A stretch of DNA of 64,000 bases, from assembly GCA_905178155.1 (NCBI GenBank), contig CAJINV010000002.1, positions 7,923,650 through 7,987,649 of the forward strand, in the 5' to 3' direction. The DNA comes from Amoebophrya sp. A120 (lineage: Eukaryota; Protista; Dinoflagellata). Below are positions 52,501-63,000 of the stretch, piece after piece. The notes beneath the pieces are model-generated. The model did no database searches and had not been told where the DNA came from. It saw only the letters and a list, made by a program, of their open reading frames with translations. How positions within the stretch are numbered: the first letter of the stretch is position 1; every line of letters starts with the position of its first letter. The translations under genes were made by a program, and so were the position numbers.

Positions 52501-55500
52501 GGGCAGCAGGTGAGCGACGGAGGAGGTGTAGGCCCAAATCACGAGCAACCGGAGCATCGTCCCCGAGAGCGAGACCATGCCGGAGTACACCTGCTCGACC
52601 ATGGATCGCGCGGCCCCAAGTCTGCCTGCCAACTGCTTCCACAAAACATCCTCCGGCAGTTGGTTGATTGCGAAGAGACAGCCGAGGAAGAGCGTGGAGC
52701 TCTTGATTTGGGGCACGATCCCCCACGGGTTCAACGCTTTCACGATCGTGGAGCGGAGCTGTTGCAATTTCGCCGCATTGGCCTCGGCGTTGGGGCTGTT
52801 TTGCTGGAACGGGTTGCCCGGCATAGCTTCGTACTTGTCTTTGCCCGCCAGGTACACGCCCATTTTGGAAAATTTCCGCTCCTCGAATTTTGTCAGGGTT
52901 TCCATAATCAGCTGGATGTTGCCGTTGTCGACGTCGTCTTTGTGTGCCCGGAACCCCTGCGCGCGGTCGTCCACGCAACTTCCCAGAACGGCAGGCGGTT
53001 TGTTCTCGTACGGGTGCACCCGGCCCCCGGATGCTGGCGGGACTGCTTCTGCTGTGAAAATGTTGGTCTGCTTCACTCGGCGGGGGGGCTGTTGGTGGAT
53101 ATGGTGGCACGGATGGACATCCTTTTCTAGGGTGTAGGGCTCCCAAGAGTAGGGCGAAGTAGTATCCTTGTCCATTTCTGCCAGCAATGCTGCAGCTGCT
53201 GTCTCGATTCTACTTCGACATAACCTCCGCGTTGCCGGATCGTAACAACTCACCAAGAACCAGTGCAGCAGCTTCATGTACCTCATGGACAAAATGCATC
53301 CCGCAATCATGACTTCGGTGCTGCCCTGGATGCATTCCCAGAATGATGGAATTAAGGCGTATTTTCGTCCGTTCCGGATGATTATCCGTTTGTTGAGGGT
53401 GGCCGCAAACCAAAGCAGGATGCCGGGGTGGCATTTTGTCTGCCGGAGGCACTGCAACATCGCGACGCCGGTGATGGTATTGTAGTAGTTGCAGTAGTCC
53501 GTGGATAGGTAGATCCAGAACTCATCGGGGCCTAAGCTAAGTAAGCAGTCCAATAGTTTGAGAACCAAGATGCACAGAGCCACTGTGGGTCTTCCTCCGT
53601 GTCCGTAAATTCCCATGACGTTCGTATCCTCCGCAGCCTGCATTATCCGGCGGCCGAAAACTCCGCTGATGGTCTTCAAAGCGTACCCAGTCCGTGTCAC
53701 GCAGCGGACCTTGCGGATTTCTTCTACCTTTCCCCCTTTTCCCAGTAGCTCGATCTGCTGCGTTCTCATTGGCTCCGGTATGGAGGTTGAGAGAAACCGT
53801 GGGTCGGATGAAGTCACTTTCTGCACCAGGTTGTTGCTCGCGGTCGTAAAGTTTTTCTTTAGTTCCCGCGGGGCGGACTGCAACAACTTCGTCCTGGCGC
53901 CCGACACTCCCTGCGCTTGAGAATTTGCGTTCGCCATCAAGTCTTCAACCTCCGGGGTGGAAATCTGAAGCGGCTTGCACTTTCGGGCGGCGCTTGCAAG
54001 TTCTTCTTTCAGTCGGATCCAGTTCTCCTGGGGCATCTGCGTGGGGAGTCCGCAGTCCTTTCGCATTATTGATGATTTCAAGATATGCGATTTCCCAACT
54101 TCGACCGCGACTGCTTGTGCTCCTGAGATCACACGGGCGCCGGATTTTACGGAATCGATCTGCGGAAGCGGTGCGCCTTTTTTCACCCCGGTCACCTTCG
54201 TCCGAACAGCCGCTTGCATCTCGAATAAGCCATCCATAAACACACTACGCCCCGGCGTAGCTTCAGCTGGGAGGATGGCGCCGCCGGCATCTCGCACCCA
54301 GCTAATGAACCTCTGGATCTTGCCCGAGACATCGGCGCGGGATAGGTACGCGGCGTTGCCATTGTTGGCCGGACCCTGCTCCGCTGGCGGCTTTTCTTCC
54401 GGCGGTGGTCTCGGCTGGTTTTGGGTGCCGCCCTGTTTCGGAGGTTTGCGCGATACTTGCTGCGCCGTTTTTGCAAGATTCGCTGCGGTGGCTGCCTCTG
54501 CAGACCAAGTCTCAAAAGCGAATGGGCAGTCCGTGGGTGGTGGTGTTGTCTGCGCGTAGTCTACCTGGGCAGCAGCCAAGGCGGCCGAGGTACAAGCCGG
54601 GTCGTCGCGTCGCATCAAACATCGCGTCTTGATGCCCGAGGGAAGTGCGTCTGCGAGACTCCGCACGGCAGAAATGGGGGCTGTAAGTGCCGCGCCATAT
54701 GTGTACGGCATCTGGTGCTTTTCGTATGACGCATAAATATTTTCCTGCGTGATAGTGCTGTTTATCACGGCTGCCGGGTCTCCGGTCGGGTCGGGGTTGT
54801 GCGCAGTCGGCAAGCTATTTTCTTGCGTGCTGGGCTCCTCATCGTAAAAACCGGAGAAGACCAGCGCAACATGGTCGCAATTGTACATGCGGACGTACTC
54901 CGCGGTCTCCGAGCCATCCAAAATCTCGCTTTGCCCCTCAGTGGCGTCGGCCGGGTTGCGGTAAATCAACGCGCGCGCAACATGCACCTGGTTGAAGCCT
55001 CGCGTCGCAATGTGGTCGATCGTACTGCCCTCCGTCTTGTGAAAGCACGTCTTGCCCCCAACGTCCTGAAACTCGTAGTGCAGCTTGACCCAGTTCAACA
55101 GCGGCACCAGGACATGGTCCCGAACGTCGGCCGAGTGGTTTTCCCACGACTCAAAGTCCGAGTTCCAGTCTCCACACACGTACCCGCGGGCCGTGGAATT
55201 TGTCATGCCCGTGAGCTTGGTGAGCATATTCTGCATCTGCCTATCGAGCGAAACCTTCTCCGATGCGGAAAGGGGCTTCGATCGTGGGGGTGCGTACAGC
55301 ATAATCTTCAGCGTGCCGGCGATGATCGTTCCGGTCAGAAACAGAAGAAAGTCCTCCGGGTCGTCGGAAAACCACGATACCAGCTGGTCGCCTTGCTCCT
55401 CCGGGTTCACCTTGGATAGTACCCAACTACCGGAATTGTGGTCACCAAGCTCCGGAAGAAGATCGGGGTGGGCGAAATGTTCAAAGTGGGCAACGTGGCC

Positions 55501-58126
55501 ACTTTTGCAGTTTGTCATGCTGCTGTTGGTAGTTTCGTTTACCACCGCCCGTAGCTGGTCATCGCGAAACTGCGCCCGGTCTCCTTGTGGGACCCCGGCT
55601 GGGATTTTCGTTTCGCAAAAGAGCTCCGCGGTGGCCTTCTCCGCTTCCTGCAGCTGCTGGGCGAGTTTCGACCGGTTGTAGTCAAAAGAATTCCAGATAA
55701 TGGCTTTCTCGCACCGCCCATATTCTTGTGCCTCTGCATCCTCGTCGGGGATTTCGTAATACCGGACTTCCTCCTCCTGCAGGTGCGGGTCGTGGAAGTC
55801 GTCGTCTTCAGCTAGTGGGTCCTCGAGAACCAACTCCTCGTCAGCGTCGACAAGAGTCATGCGCGCTAATTTTGAAATGGGCGCCCCGTTCCCCGTGCAT
55901 CAACTTTTCTTTTTTACGACATCCTGCAGCACTTATCACGTCGCGGCGTGAGCAAGCGGAGATAAACAACAAAAAAAACAAAATTACTGATTCTCGCAAA
56001 CTTCCAACTCGCAACCACTATAACGGGGATGTACAGCCAGCCCCACAACTACAAGAGAAAGCTGCAGCCTGCGGCAAACCAGTTGTTACTGTCTGGACGA
56101 ATGCATTCACTGGAGGCACTAAGCGACAAGCGCCAGCCTAAAGTGATGTTTAAACATCCAAATTAAAGGTAAGAGGTGCGAGATTTAATGCTGATCCACC
56201 TGACCGCCGGATTTGGCGATCATGATCGGCGATTGCTTTACACATGACCGAAAGTGCGGGGTACAGATACACGATTGGCGAGGCTGCTCAAGTAGAGCAC
56301 GTTTCTGCACGCGGACCGCTGCCCATGCGGGCGCAACACAGAAGCGCAAAACGTCGGCGCCAGGTTCATTCTCGATTCCACGGCGGGAATATTCCCGCGT
56401 CGTGGGCAACACCATCTCCCCCAGCGCTGCCAAGCCTTGAGCTCGCATCTATTGTGCGCCCCTACATCGCATCTATTGTGCTGGGGAACAAGGCTCGATT
56501 GAGCTTGTTGCTACTGGCTTGGGCGAGCTGGGGGGCATCCACGCTCGCGAAGCCTCGACCTGGTGTCCGTTTGCCGAAGCCTACCCGAGCTGCTTAATCC
56601 ACCGGCGGCATGGTGGACTTTACCCTTTCCAGAACTCCTGCCCCGGTCTGATTTCGTATTCCGGTTCTGCCGCGAACATGGAGAAGTTGCTGCCCATGCC
56701 CGTCAGGCTAAGCGAGGACCTTGCTCCTGCGCAGGATGGTGCGTGGACGACTGCTGCAGGATTCAGGCGCCGTGTCCGGGCGGGGAGGAGGTCATTTTTA
56801 GGAGGGGTACTCGGCAGCACGGGGCGCTGGTTCTGAGATCTCGGCTAGTGTAAAGGGGGGCCGGAGATCTAGTAGGCTACTGTAAAGGGGGGCACAGCGG
56901 ACCCGCCACGCTCGGGTGTTTATCTACTTCTTTCGAAACTCCTCTTCAGGGAGTCGGGGGAGATACCGACGTGGTGTCAGTGGTGGTAAATGATTGTGAG
57001 TTATCGTATCTACTCTACGGCATAGCTCCCCCTATTCTAGATTTGTTGGATCTCAGGCAACAAGGCAAAGCCTTGAGCCAAAAAAACCCCAGAGTTGTCA
57101 TGCAAATCTGCATGCCAAAAAAGTTTCTCATGCGGAGCCCCATGAGAAGCATTTTCTAGTCGTGTTTTTGAGTTTGTGATGCTAGAATCAGCATGATGTG
57201 CTAGATCTGTGATGCTGCTGAACTAGCGAAACAGGATTATTCTAGGAGGGCAAACCTGTCATGCGAAACAGCGAAAGCTGGTTGATTTGTCTAGCAGATT
57301 TCCCATCTTGACTCTGGTGTGGGGACGTTTTTACTCAGGATACAACAATGTGGCGTTACTATTGGTGTTAAATGACGTGGTTGCGACGAAGTAAAGTTAT
57401 CATATGGAAAACAAGCACCGCCGGAAGAATGCGTTCGTTCCTCGAAGAACTACATACATGAAGTGTTCTATAATTGCTCAATCTCCGACAGCAAAAGCAG
57501 AGAGGCGCTGTATTTACGACCTTTTTCTACAAACATCACGAAAAACCAATAGGGACATTTGTGGTACGTCAGCCGTGCTAGCGCCGGTACGATAGCTACA
57601 CCGGCATTCATCAATTTTCAGTTCAATGTACTTATTTCATGCAAGTAGATAAAACACTGTGCCACGCTTTGTCTTCCCTTCTCAGACTTGCATTTTTTTG
57701 TTTTTCAATGTGATATCAATCCGTTTTTCTTCAGAAAATAGTAGTTATCGCACAGAAAAAAGCAGGCATGCATATTCGTAATGCAAAAAAAAATAGCAGA
57801 AAAATTACATTTAGTGGTTTAAGTCTAGAAGTCTGTGTCTATTTTTGCATTACAAATATGCCCTGCCTGCTTTTTTCTGTGGGATAGTAGTTGATCCCGT
57901 GCTGGTGAAAGACCGGGGGACAGTCCTCCCCGTGCTGGAACAAAGTCACCTTGCGGAAAAACATCTCAGCTGTGCCCTTGACCACGTCCCCGCGGAAATC
58001 CCGGGTCAAAATGGTGTCTCCCCGCGGCGACAGAACGTAAAACTGGCTCATACATTGGAAGACGAGCGGCTTGGTGGCCCGCAGGTGCGGTGGCGGAGCC
58101 GAGGAGCTGCTCGAGGTGGTCGCCAT
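43524..58126 (-). CDS. AP4M1: AP-4 adaptor complex mu subunit, multi-exon
   Basis: [122 protein letters not shown]. Confidence 0.92.
44154..44476. mobile_element. Introner family A (323 bp), TSD TCGCG
   Basis: A TIRs. Join NLVA|SISATE. Confidence 0.95.
46670..46934. mobile_element. Introner family B (265 bp), TSD GCAGA
   Basis: B TIRs. Join TKIC|KVFKDY. Confidence 0.95.
47004..57085 (-). mobile_element. Non-LTR retrotransposon 2, apparently full length (10.08 kb)
   Basis: 18-bp TSD ACCCCAGAGTTGTCATGC at 46986-47003 and 57086-57103. About 1.2-kb 5' UTR, one 1608-aa ORF, about 4-kb 3' non-coding region, no poly(A). Confidence 0.92.
51034..55860 (-). CDS. APE endonuclease-reverse transcriptase polyprotein (1608 aa, uninterrupted)
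   Basis: EEP motifs IIWNS, FCETK, CGDWNS, STIDHI, CDHVAL. RT motifs [21 protein letters not shown] (52966-52977), LFLG. Ala/Lys/Thr-rich tail. Confidence 0.9.
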   Translation of the reverse strand: MTLVDADEELVLEDPLAEDDDFHDPHLQEEEVRYYEIPDEDAEAQEYGRCEKAIIWNSFDYNRSKLAQQLQEAEKATAELFCETKIPAGVPQGDRAQFRDDQLRAVVNETTNSSMTNCKSGHVAHFEHFAHPDLLPELGDHNSGSWVLSKVNPEEQGDQLVSWFSDDPEDFLLFLTGTIIAGTLKIMLYAPPRSKPLSASEKVSLDRQMQNMLTKLTGMTNSTARGYVCGDWNSDFESWENHSADVRDHVLVPLLNWVKLHYEFQDVGGKTCFHKTEGSTIDHIATRGFNQVHVARALIYRNPADATEGQSEILDGSETAEYVRMYNCDHVALVFSGFYDEEPSTQENSLPTAHNPDPTGDPAAVINSTITQENIYASYEKHQMPYTYGAALTAPISAVRSLADALPSGIKTRCLMRRDDPACTSAALAAAQVDYAQTTPPPTDCPFAFETWSAEAATAANLAKTAQQVSRKPPKQGGTQNQPRPPPEEKPPAEQGPANNGNAAYLSRADVSGKIQRFISWVRDAGGAILPAEATPGRSVFMDGLFEMQAAVRTKVTGVKKGAPLPQIDSVKSGARVISGAQAVAVEVGKSHILKSSIMRKDCGLPTQMPQENWIRLKEELASAARKCKPLQISTPEVEDLMANANSQAQGVSGARTKLLQSAPRELKKNFTTASNNLVQKVTSSDPRFLSTSIPEPMRTQQIELLGKGGKVEEIRKVRCVTRTGYALKTISGVFGRRIMQAAEDTNVMGIYGHGGRPTVALCILVLKLLDCLLSLGPDEFWIYLSTDYCNYYNTITGVAMLQCLRQTKCHPGILLWFAATLNKRIIIRNGRKYALIPSFWECIQGSTEVMIAGCILSMRYMKLLHWFLVSCYDPATRRLCRSRIETAAAALLAEMDKDTTSPYSWEPYTLEKDVHPCHHIHQQPPRRVKQTNIFTAEAVPPASGGRVHPYENKPPAVLGSCVDDRAQGFRAHKDDVDNGNIQLIMETLTKFEERKFSKMGVYLAGKDKYEAMPGNPFQQNSPNAEANAAKLQQLRSTIVKALNPWGIVPQIKSSTLFLGCLFAINQLPEDVLWKQLAGRLGAARSMVEQVYSGMVSLSGTMLRLLVIWAYTSSVAHLLPLAVKLWSTEKWKKYLHQVATSIMNFLGFSNQHIVDLLALNKLDAEALYKLAFSTDLVNAVDPWLQATKALRQAAGKWTALTGQSEFLPEITRRVPTNGPAGFVDESARTWINATNLADKSLELTIQHNAAGAGFITTSPAGVCDTLTTELQQVCPFPHVAPGGVGPRYIPGAYVITACRSTNSAIVLNTDSTSRMAIKSTDHVGIPCPQTAARFRYLQTATEALRRMSTAASISGFRPHVIVEGLGINDKVRGSGVFREFWLATMEWKDRIWLHSAKRFDLDINKTKGIGAHNTHVATTSVLELSGRDQYADWPRRSFKLPICLQELTQKMHKYKLAKIIRTNMAKLVPPKPPTGTGAGPQTEPTGTLVPQPPIPPHTQEPGLPPASSNSEKENPTASKTVVATAAPGRKTAAKTTAATTVPAKKYPVKTTAAAAASGKRTAAAKSPQVRKARKTGATAASSSRPPPATQDPEDMPAFAETQDPHGEE

Positions 58127-60000
58127 TTATTCACCGCTTATTTCTCAAGACTCGTAGCACGTATTCTTATATCTTCTTCGCGCCCGCAGTCGCTTTCGGC
58201 TTCGCTGGGCTCACCCCTATAGTCGATCCGGTTTCGCTCTGTCGCCGTGTTGGTTGCAGACCGCGCGCTGCCTTCACTACCTGGATGTGGCTGCTTCTGT
58301 CCCGTCCTGATTCTTCGTTGCGCTAGATCCTTCGTGTCAGGAAAATGAGACCCAAAGTACTGCGAAATTGTGGGCTTGGGACAACGAGCTGCCAATGCCA
58401 TTTTTCGTCATTATCTGAGAGAGGACTTAGTAGTGACTTCTTTCGCGTTCGTCGAATGTGGACTTTTCAACAACCAAATTTAGTGTGGTGAAAAAATAAG
58501 TATACGGAACTTTACTCCGGAAATACTGCTTCCAGCCAGCTTGTAAGTGCCTGTAAATTATATCAGTTCTCCATCTGGTGAAAAAAGATAACTTCACGTT
58601 GCCACGGACTGAAAAAATCAAGATTTGAATCTTTTTTGTTCCGGAAAATACGCAGAGATATGCAGTCGTGGGCCAAAAATGCGAATAAACGAATTGAAAA
58701 AAGGACTAAGTGCAAAAGCAGATCAGACACAGAACACTTTGCGCGCGAAGCGTAGCTGCAGGCTCGTGAGAACATACAATGCGGTGGTGCGAATACAGAA
58801 CCTGCGGCGAGAAAATTGATTTTCCCGCGGCGCATTGAAGCAAAAGTTGTTACTTACCATCGGTGCTTTCATTACGTCGTGCCAGCTGCTTTGTACATAT
58901 GATTGAAGCTGTTTGTTCGTCGGAAACCCCTAATAATTTTCGCGTATAATTTGAAATTATCCCGCGGTTTACAATCACGCAGCGTTTGAATTGGTTCAAG
59001 CAGCAAACTTTCAATCGTCCAAATCTGATTTGACGCCCACGGCAGCAAATACTCCTGTACTTAGCTTCATTTCGAAAGCCTGACCCTTTCCATAGCTACA
59101 GCTTGGCGACGACATAGCATACAAAATTGAGAAATCTTTCAAAAAAGTGATACGCGTAATAAACAACATTTTTTTTGCTGCACGGCCTCGATAGTGCAGA
59201 GATCATGCAACCCTCCGCTCTTCATGCTCGCAGCGTCTTGTCTTCGGAGGATGATACCAAGGCTCGCGCCTTCGCTGACGTAAAAAGAGACCGTCTTTCC
59301 CATCAAAGATGAATCAATGAATAGATACAAACCCTCAAAGAAGTCGACCCCTTTGCCCTGAAAGCAGGTAAAGTTTTCACATGACAGGCCTTATTTCTTA
59401 AACATCACTCATTACTTGCCATTGCCTTCCTTATTCTTATTTCGATACTTTGAATTCCAAATAAAAAAAAAACCATGCTCAGGTGTTCGTTAATAGTGTG
59501 GGTGTCGGTTTCAAGTTTGTGCACAATGGCGAAAACCTACCTTCAGAGAAAAAAAAAAAACGAGCAAATAAATCTACCTTCTTCGAACCACAAAACACCG
59601 ACTTCCTTTCCCTAGTCGTGATAAAAACTTCAGCTGTATGCTCAAGAGAAAACTATACTACAGAAAAGCTTCCAACTCCATGGCTCCTTCGCATAACAAA
59701 AACTAATGAACTTGACAAAATGTAAAAAATACGTCCCTGGAAGAATGCTTGCGCTCCTAGTACCGCAACCATGAAATAGCGACTGACATTCGACTTCGAA
59801 TTGCGAGAAAATTGAAATCACAGTGCTATGGTATCACTTGCAAAAGAACTGGCGGCGGTACAGGTAGACAAAGTGAACTTCAGAGAAATTGTACGACACA
59901 GATACTGAAAGATTAACGGTACACAAGCTACGTTTGAAACCACGCTGATGCAATGCTCACGCAAACGCTGACGCGCATCCCGAAGGAGCTCGAATCGCGT

Positions 60001-63000
60001 TTACAGTGAGACGATAGTACTCTCTGCAGTTTGCGGCCAGCTTTCACCTGTAACCTCCTGCTCCTCTGCTTTCGGCGACGTCCACCACGAAGTCGCTGCA
60101 GTTAAAGCATTACTCAATTGTTGTTGCGCTTTTGCAAGGTCTTCCCGCGTTTTTGCAACGACCACGTCAACATCCTTTTGCAGTTCGTTGAAGCCATAAT
60201 CATCCCATGACTGCTGAGTCGTGCTGTCAGCAGTCCCCGTCACTGGAATACGTGCACCGCCAGCACGACCTGCCGCCTCCTTCATCCCCGACTGCCCAAT
60301 GCTAGGCGGCATCTCCGAGATGGGCCCCTCCTCCGGCACATCACCCAACTCATCTTCTAACACATGCTCCACCCGCACCTCCTCAGCCCATTGTTCCCAA
60401 GTTCTCCCTTCAGACTCTTGACACCATGCGATTATTTCCGTGGCCAATTTATCCCGTGCAGCCTCGTTTTTGCTCAGTGTGTCTTCTACGAATTTTCTCC
60501 AGGGAGCATTGCGGGTCGATTCGCCTCGAGACCACGCGCTGATTGCTACGAGATTCAACACGTAAGACACCTGCTGCACATTGTTGTTGGGGTTCCGGTC
60601 CTCTACCGCTTTAGTTAGCGCCTCTCTCATGCTTTGCTGGGATTCCGAATTTTTCAAGGCAGACAGCATATCTGCGCCAAAGTTCTTCATGAGCGAGTAT
60701 TTCGCCTTGTGCGTATCACGATGAAAACGCCCAGCACTCATTACGACCCAACGAAAGGTTTGTGACGATTCTTGAGTTGCTCAATATTGATCATGCAAGC
60801 CCACGCAAAAGTACTGCCCATAAATTAGTTACAGGGGGTGAAAGCCCCTGCCAGTCGAGGTGCGCTCTGCCCGACAGCAAAGACGTCTGCCACGCCGAAG
60901 AACTTCTAAGGACACTGTCACATACGTGAGTGGAATGATTTGAGGAACAAGTAATGCGTCACAGATCTCCTTTCGAAAATGGGTATGGGAGGGCGGTGGG
61001 CTTTTTAATCGGCTTGGATAACTCTCGGCCAACTCCTTCTGCATCTCGTCGATCCATTTTTTCCACTCTCCGGGGTTGTAGCAAAGCTCAGCCGCAACTT
61101 GCTCCAGTACTGCTCGGTTCCGCCTGAAGAGGAGATCCGCAAGGATTATCCTGAGAAAAAATGAATAAAATACCCTCTCCCCACACTCGGCCACAGCTCG
61201 TGGCCATAGGAGATCCTACGTGGAGAGCCAGCGTTGATACGCAGGGCGCGCCTCTATCGCATGGCACCAATCAAAAATGTCTCATTCAGTCGAGCTTGCG
61301 GCCGATTATACGCCGGGCAGCAAAGAAACTAGTACAATCCGCATGCTGTTCCTTCTTTTGGCCTGTGTGTACACAAATAAATGTCGCCAACTGCTTTGTT
61401 TTATTGAGCATGCTGGAAATTGGGGAAGTAAGAGCTTATACATTTTTCACTTGAATAAATTCATCATTTTTCTTCTCAATATTTTGTTCGACCGCGGCGT
61501 CGAGCAGAACCTCCATCACCTTTTTCTTGGATAGTTCCTCTGCTTCAGCCGCGGGCCCCTTTTCGCCACGGGCGTTGCCGTGGTCCCGCACCGCCTTCAG
61601 TGCGTCCGAAGCTTCATCCATGCGTTTCGTCCATGTCTGCTTGAGCTGGCCCTCTCCCGACATGGCTGTTTGGACAAGATGTTTTACGCGTTGCTTCATA
61701 GTCTCCGGGCTCAAGGGGGCCGACTGTTCTTGGTGTTCAGGAGAATCCGACTCCTGAGGATCGTGCCGCCCGTCCGCCCAATCTGCCAAGTCCTTGCCAT
61801 CTTTGTCCCACTCGATCAAGTCCTCGGCGGCTTTGTCCCAGTTGTGCGGCTGCTCCGATGCGCCGGCGACAGGATCCTCCTCGACATCCTGCAGTGCTTC
61901 TGCTACTTTTTCACGGCTTTCCAAGGCCAACGCGGAGAGAAGTTTCCCCTCCCACCTGCGTGCCCCTGCGTCGTGTCCCGCCCCGTCCACCCGAGTGATT
62001 TTTTGCTTCACAAGTTCTTTGGCATGTAGAACATCCTTCTGCTCTTCCGAGGCCCAATGCCTCCAACTCTTCCACGAATGATCTCCCTGATTCCGAGCCA
62101 GACCCGCACCCGTCTTCCGTTCCCCCTGGCACCAATCGATAATTTCCTGGGCAAATATCCGTGTTCGTAGAGGGTCCACGGCGAACACTGTGCCTGCGAC
62201 ATCTTTTTCTCTCCGGCTCAACTGGCATTTCTCTTCAAACCCAGGCATCATGGCTACACCTACAATTTTTTTCAACGAAGTAGCAAATGAATCCGGATTG
62301 CGAAACTGGACAGACTCGTCGAGCCGAGCAATTGGATCTTGAAGCCCGTCTGGTAATTCTGCGCCGGTAATCTCAGGCCCTGTGGCTGAGATCTTGAACC
62401 CGTCAGAACCACCTAGAGCAACAAAAATTTTGGAGGCGGCTTTCTTCATCAGGCTCTTGCGGGTCATTTCTTCTGCAATCCAATTTTTCCATATCTCCGG
62501 ATCACCAGCAAGCTTCTGCGCAATCTCCTCCAGTTTAGGCCGGTTCTTCCTGGAGACAAAGGTTGCGGGCACGAAAAGCTCACTGCCAACGTTGTCGAAC
62601 GCCTCGTCGAGCGCGGCCTCCAGCAGTACCACCAGCAACGCTTTCGCGCGCTCGTCTTTTACTTCTGTGGGAGCTGCACCTTTCATTTTTTCCGTCCATT
62701 TGTCTGGGTTTTCAGCCACGACGAGTTGAACAAGACGCTTCACTTTTTCTTCCGTCAACTCTTCAACGCTGGCCGACTCAGGCTTTCCCGCCGGCCAGTC
62801 CGCCCACTCATAGCCTTGTTCGTCCCACGCGATCAATTCCTTGGCGGCCTGGTTCCAGTCGCTGGTCCAAAGGTCTGACCCAAACAAGACGCTGTCGGAT
62901 AGTACCTGGGCTACTTCTCTTTCAGTGCTTTTCCGGGCCAAAGCGGGTACGATTCTCAGCTCCCAATCGCGTTTTACACTTCCGCGTGGCCGTGCCGCAA

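Larger units (their letters stand above)
46964..57342. mobile_element. Introner family C expanded to 10.4 kb by retrotransposon 2, TSD CAACA
   Basis: C TIRs at 46964 and 57342. CAACA at 46959-46963 and 57343-57347. 10379 - 10082 - 18 = 279 bp. Join NATLL|LELLTKIC. Confidence 0.95.

Noticed and set aside
9266-55860. The RT ORFs as the enzymes that mobilise the introners
   Set aside because: Introners have TIRs and uniform 5-bp TSDs typical of DNA transposition. The RT elements have their own junctions inside otherwise normal-length introners, so they are secondary insertions.
56925-56955. Hammerhead ribozyme core CUGAAGA...GAAA on the minus strand
   Set aside because: Stems I and III with a UH cleavage site could not be formed. 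CUGAAGA fits better as the loop of a GACUCC/GGAGUU hairpin.
38009-57034. 1-kb direct repeat (38009-39060 vs 55987-57034) as LTRs or a segmental duplication
   Set aside because: The copies lie in different genes, each inside its own introner with its own TSD. They are the 5' UTRs of two separate insertions, and no gag/integrase was seen.
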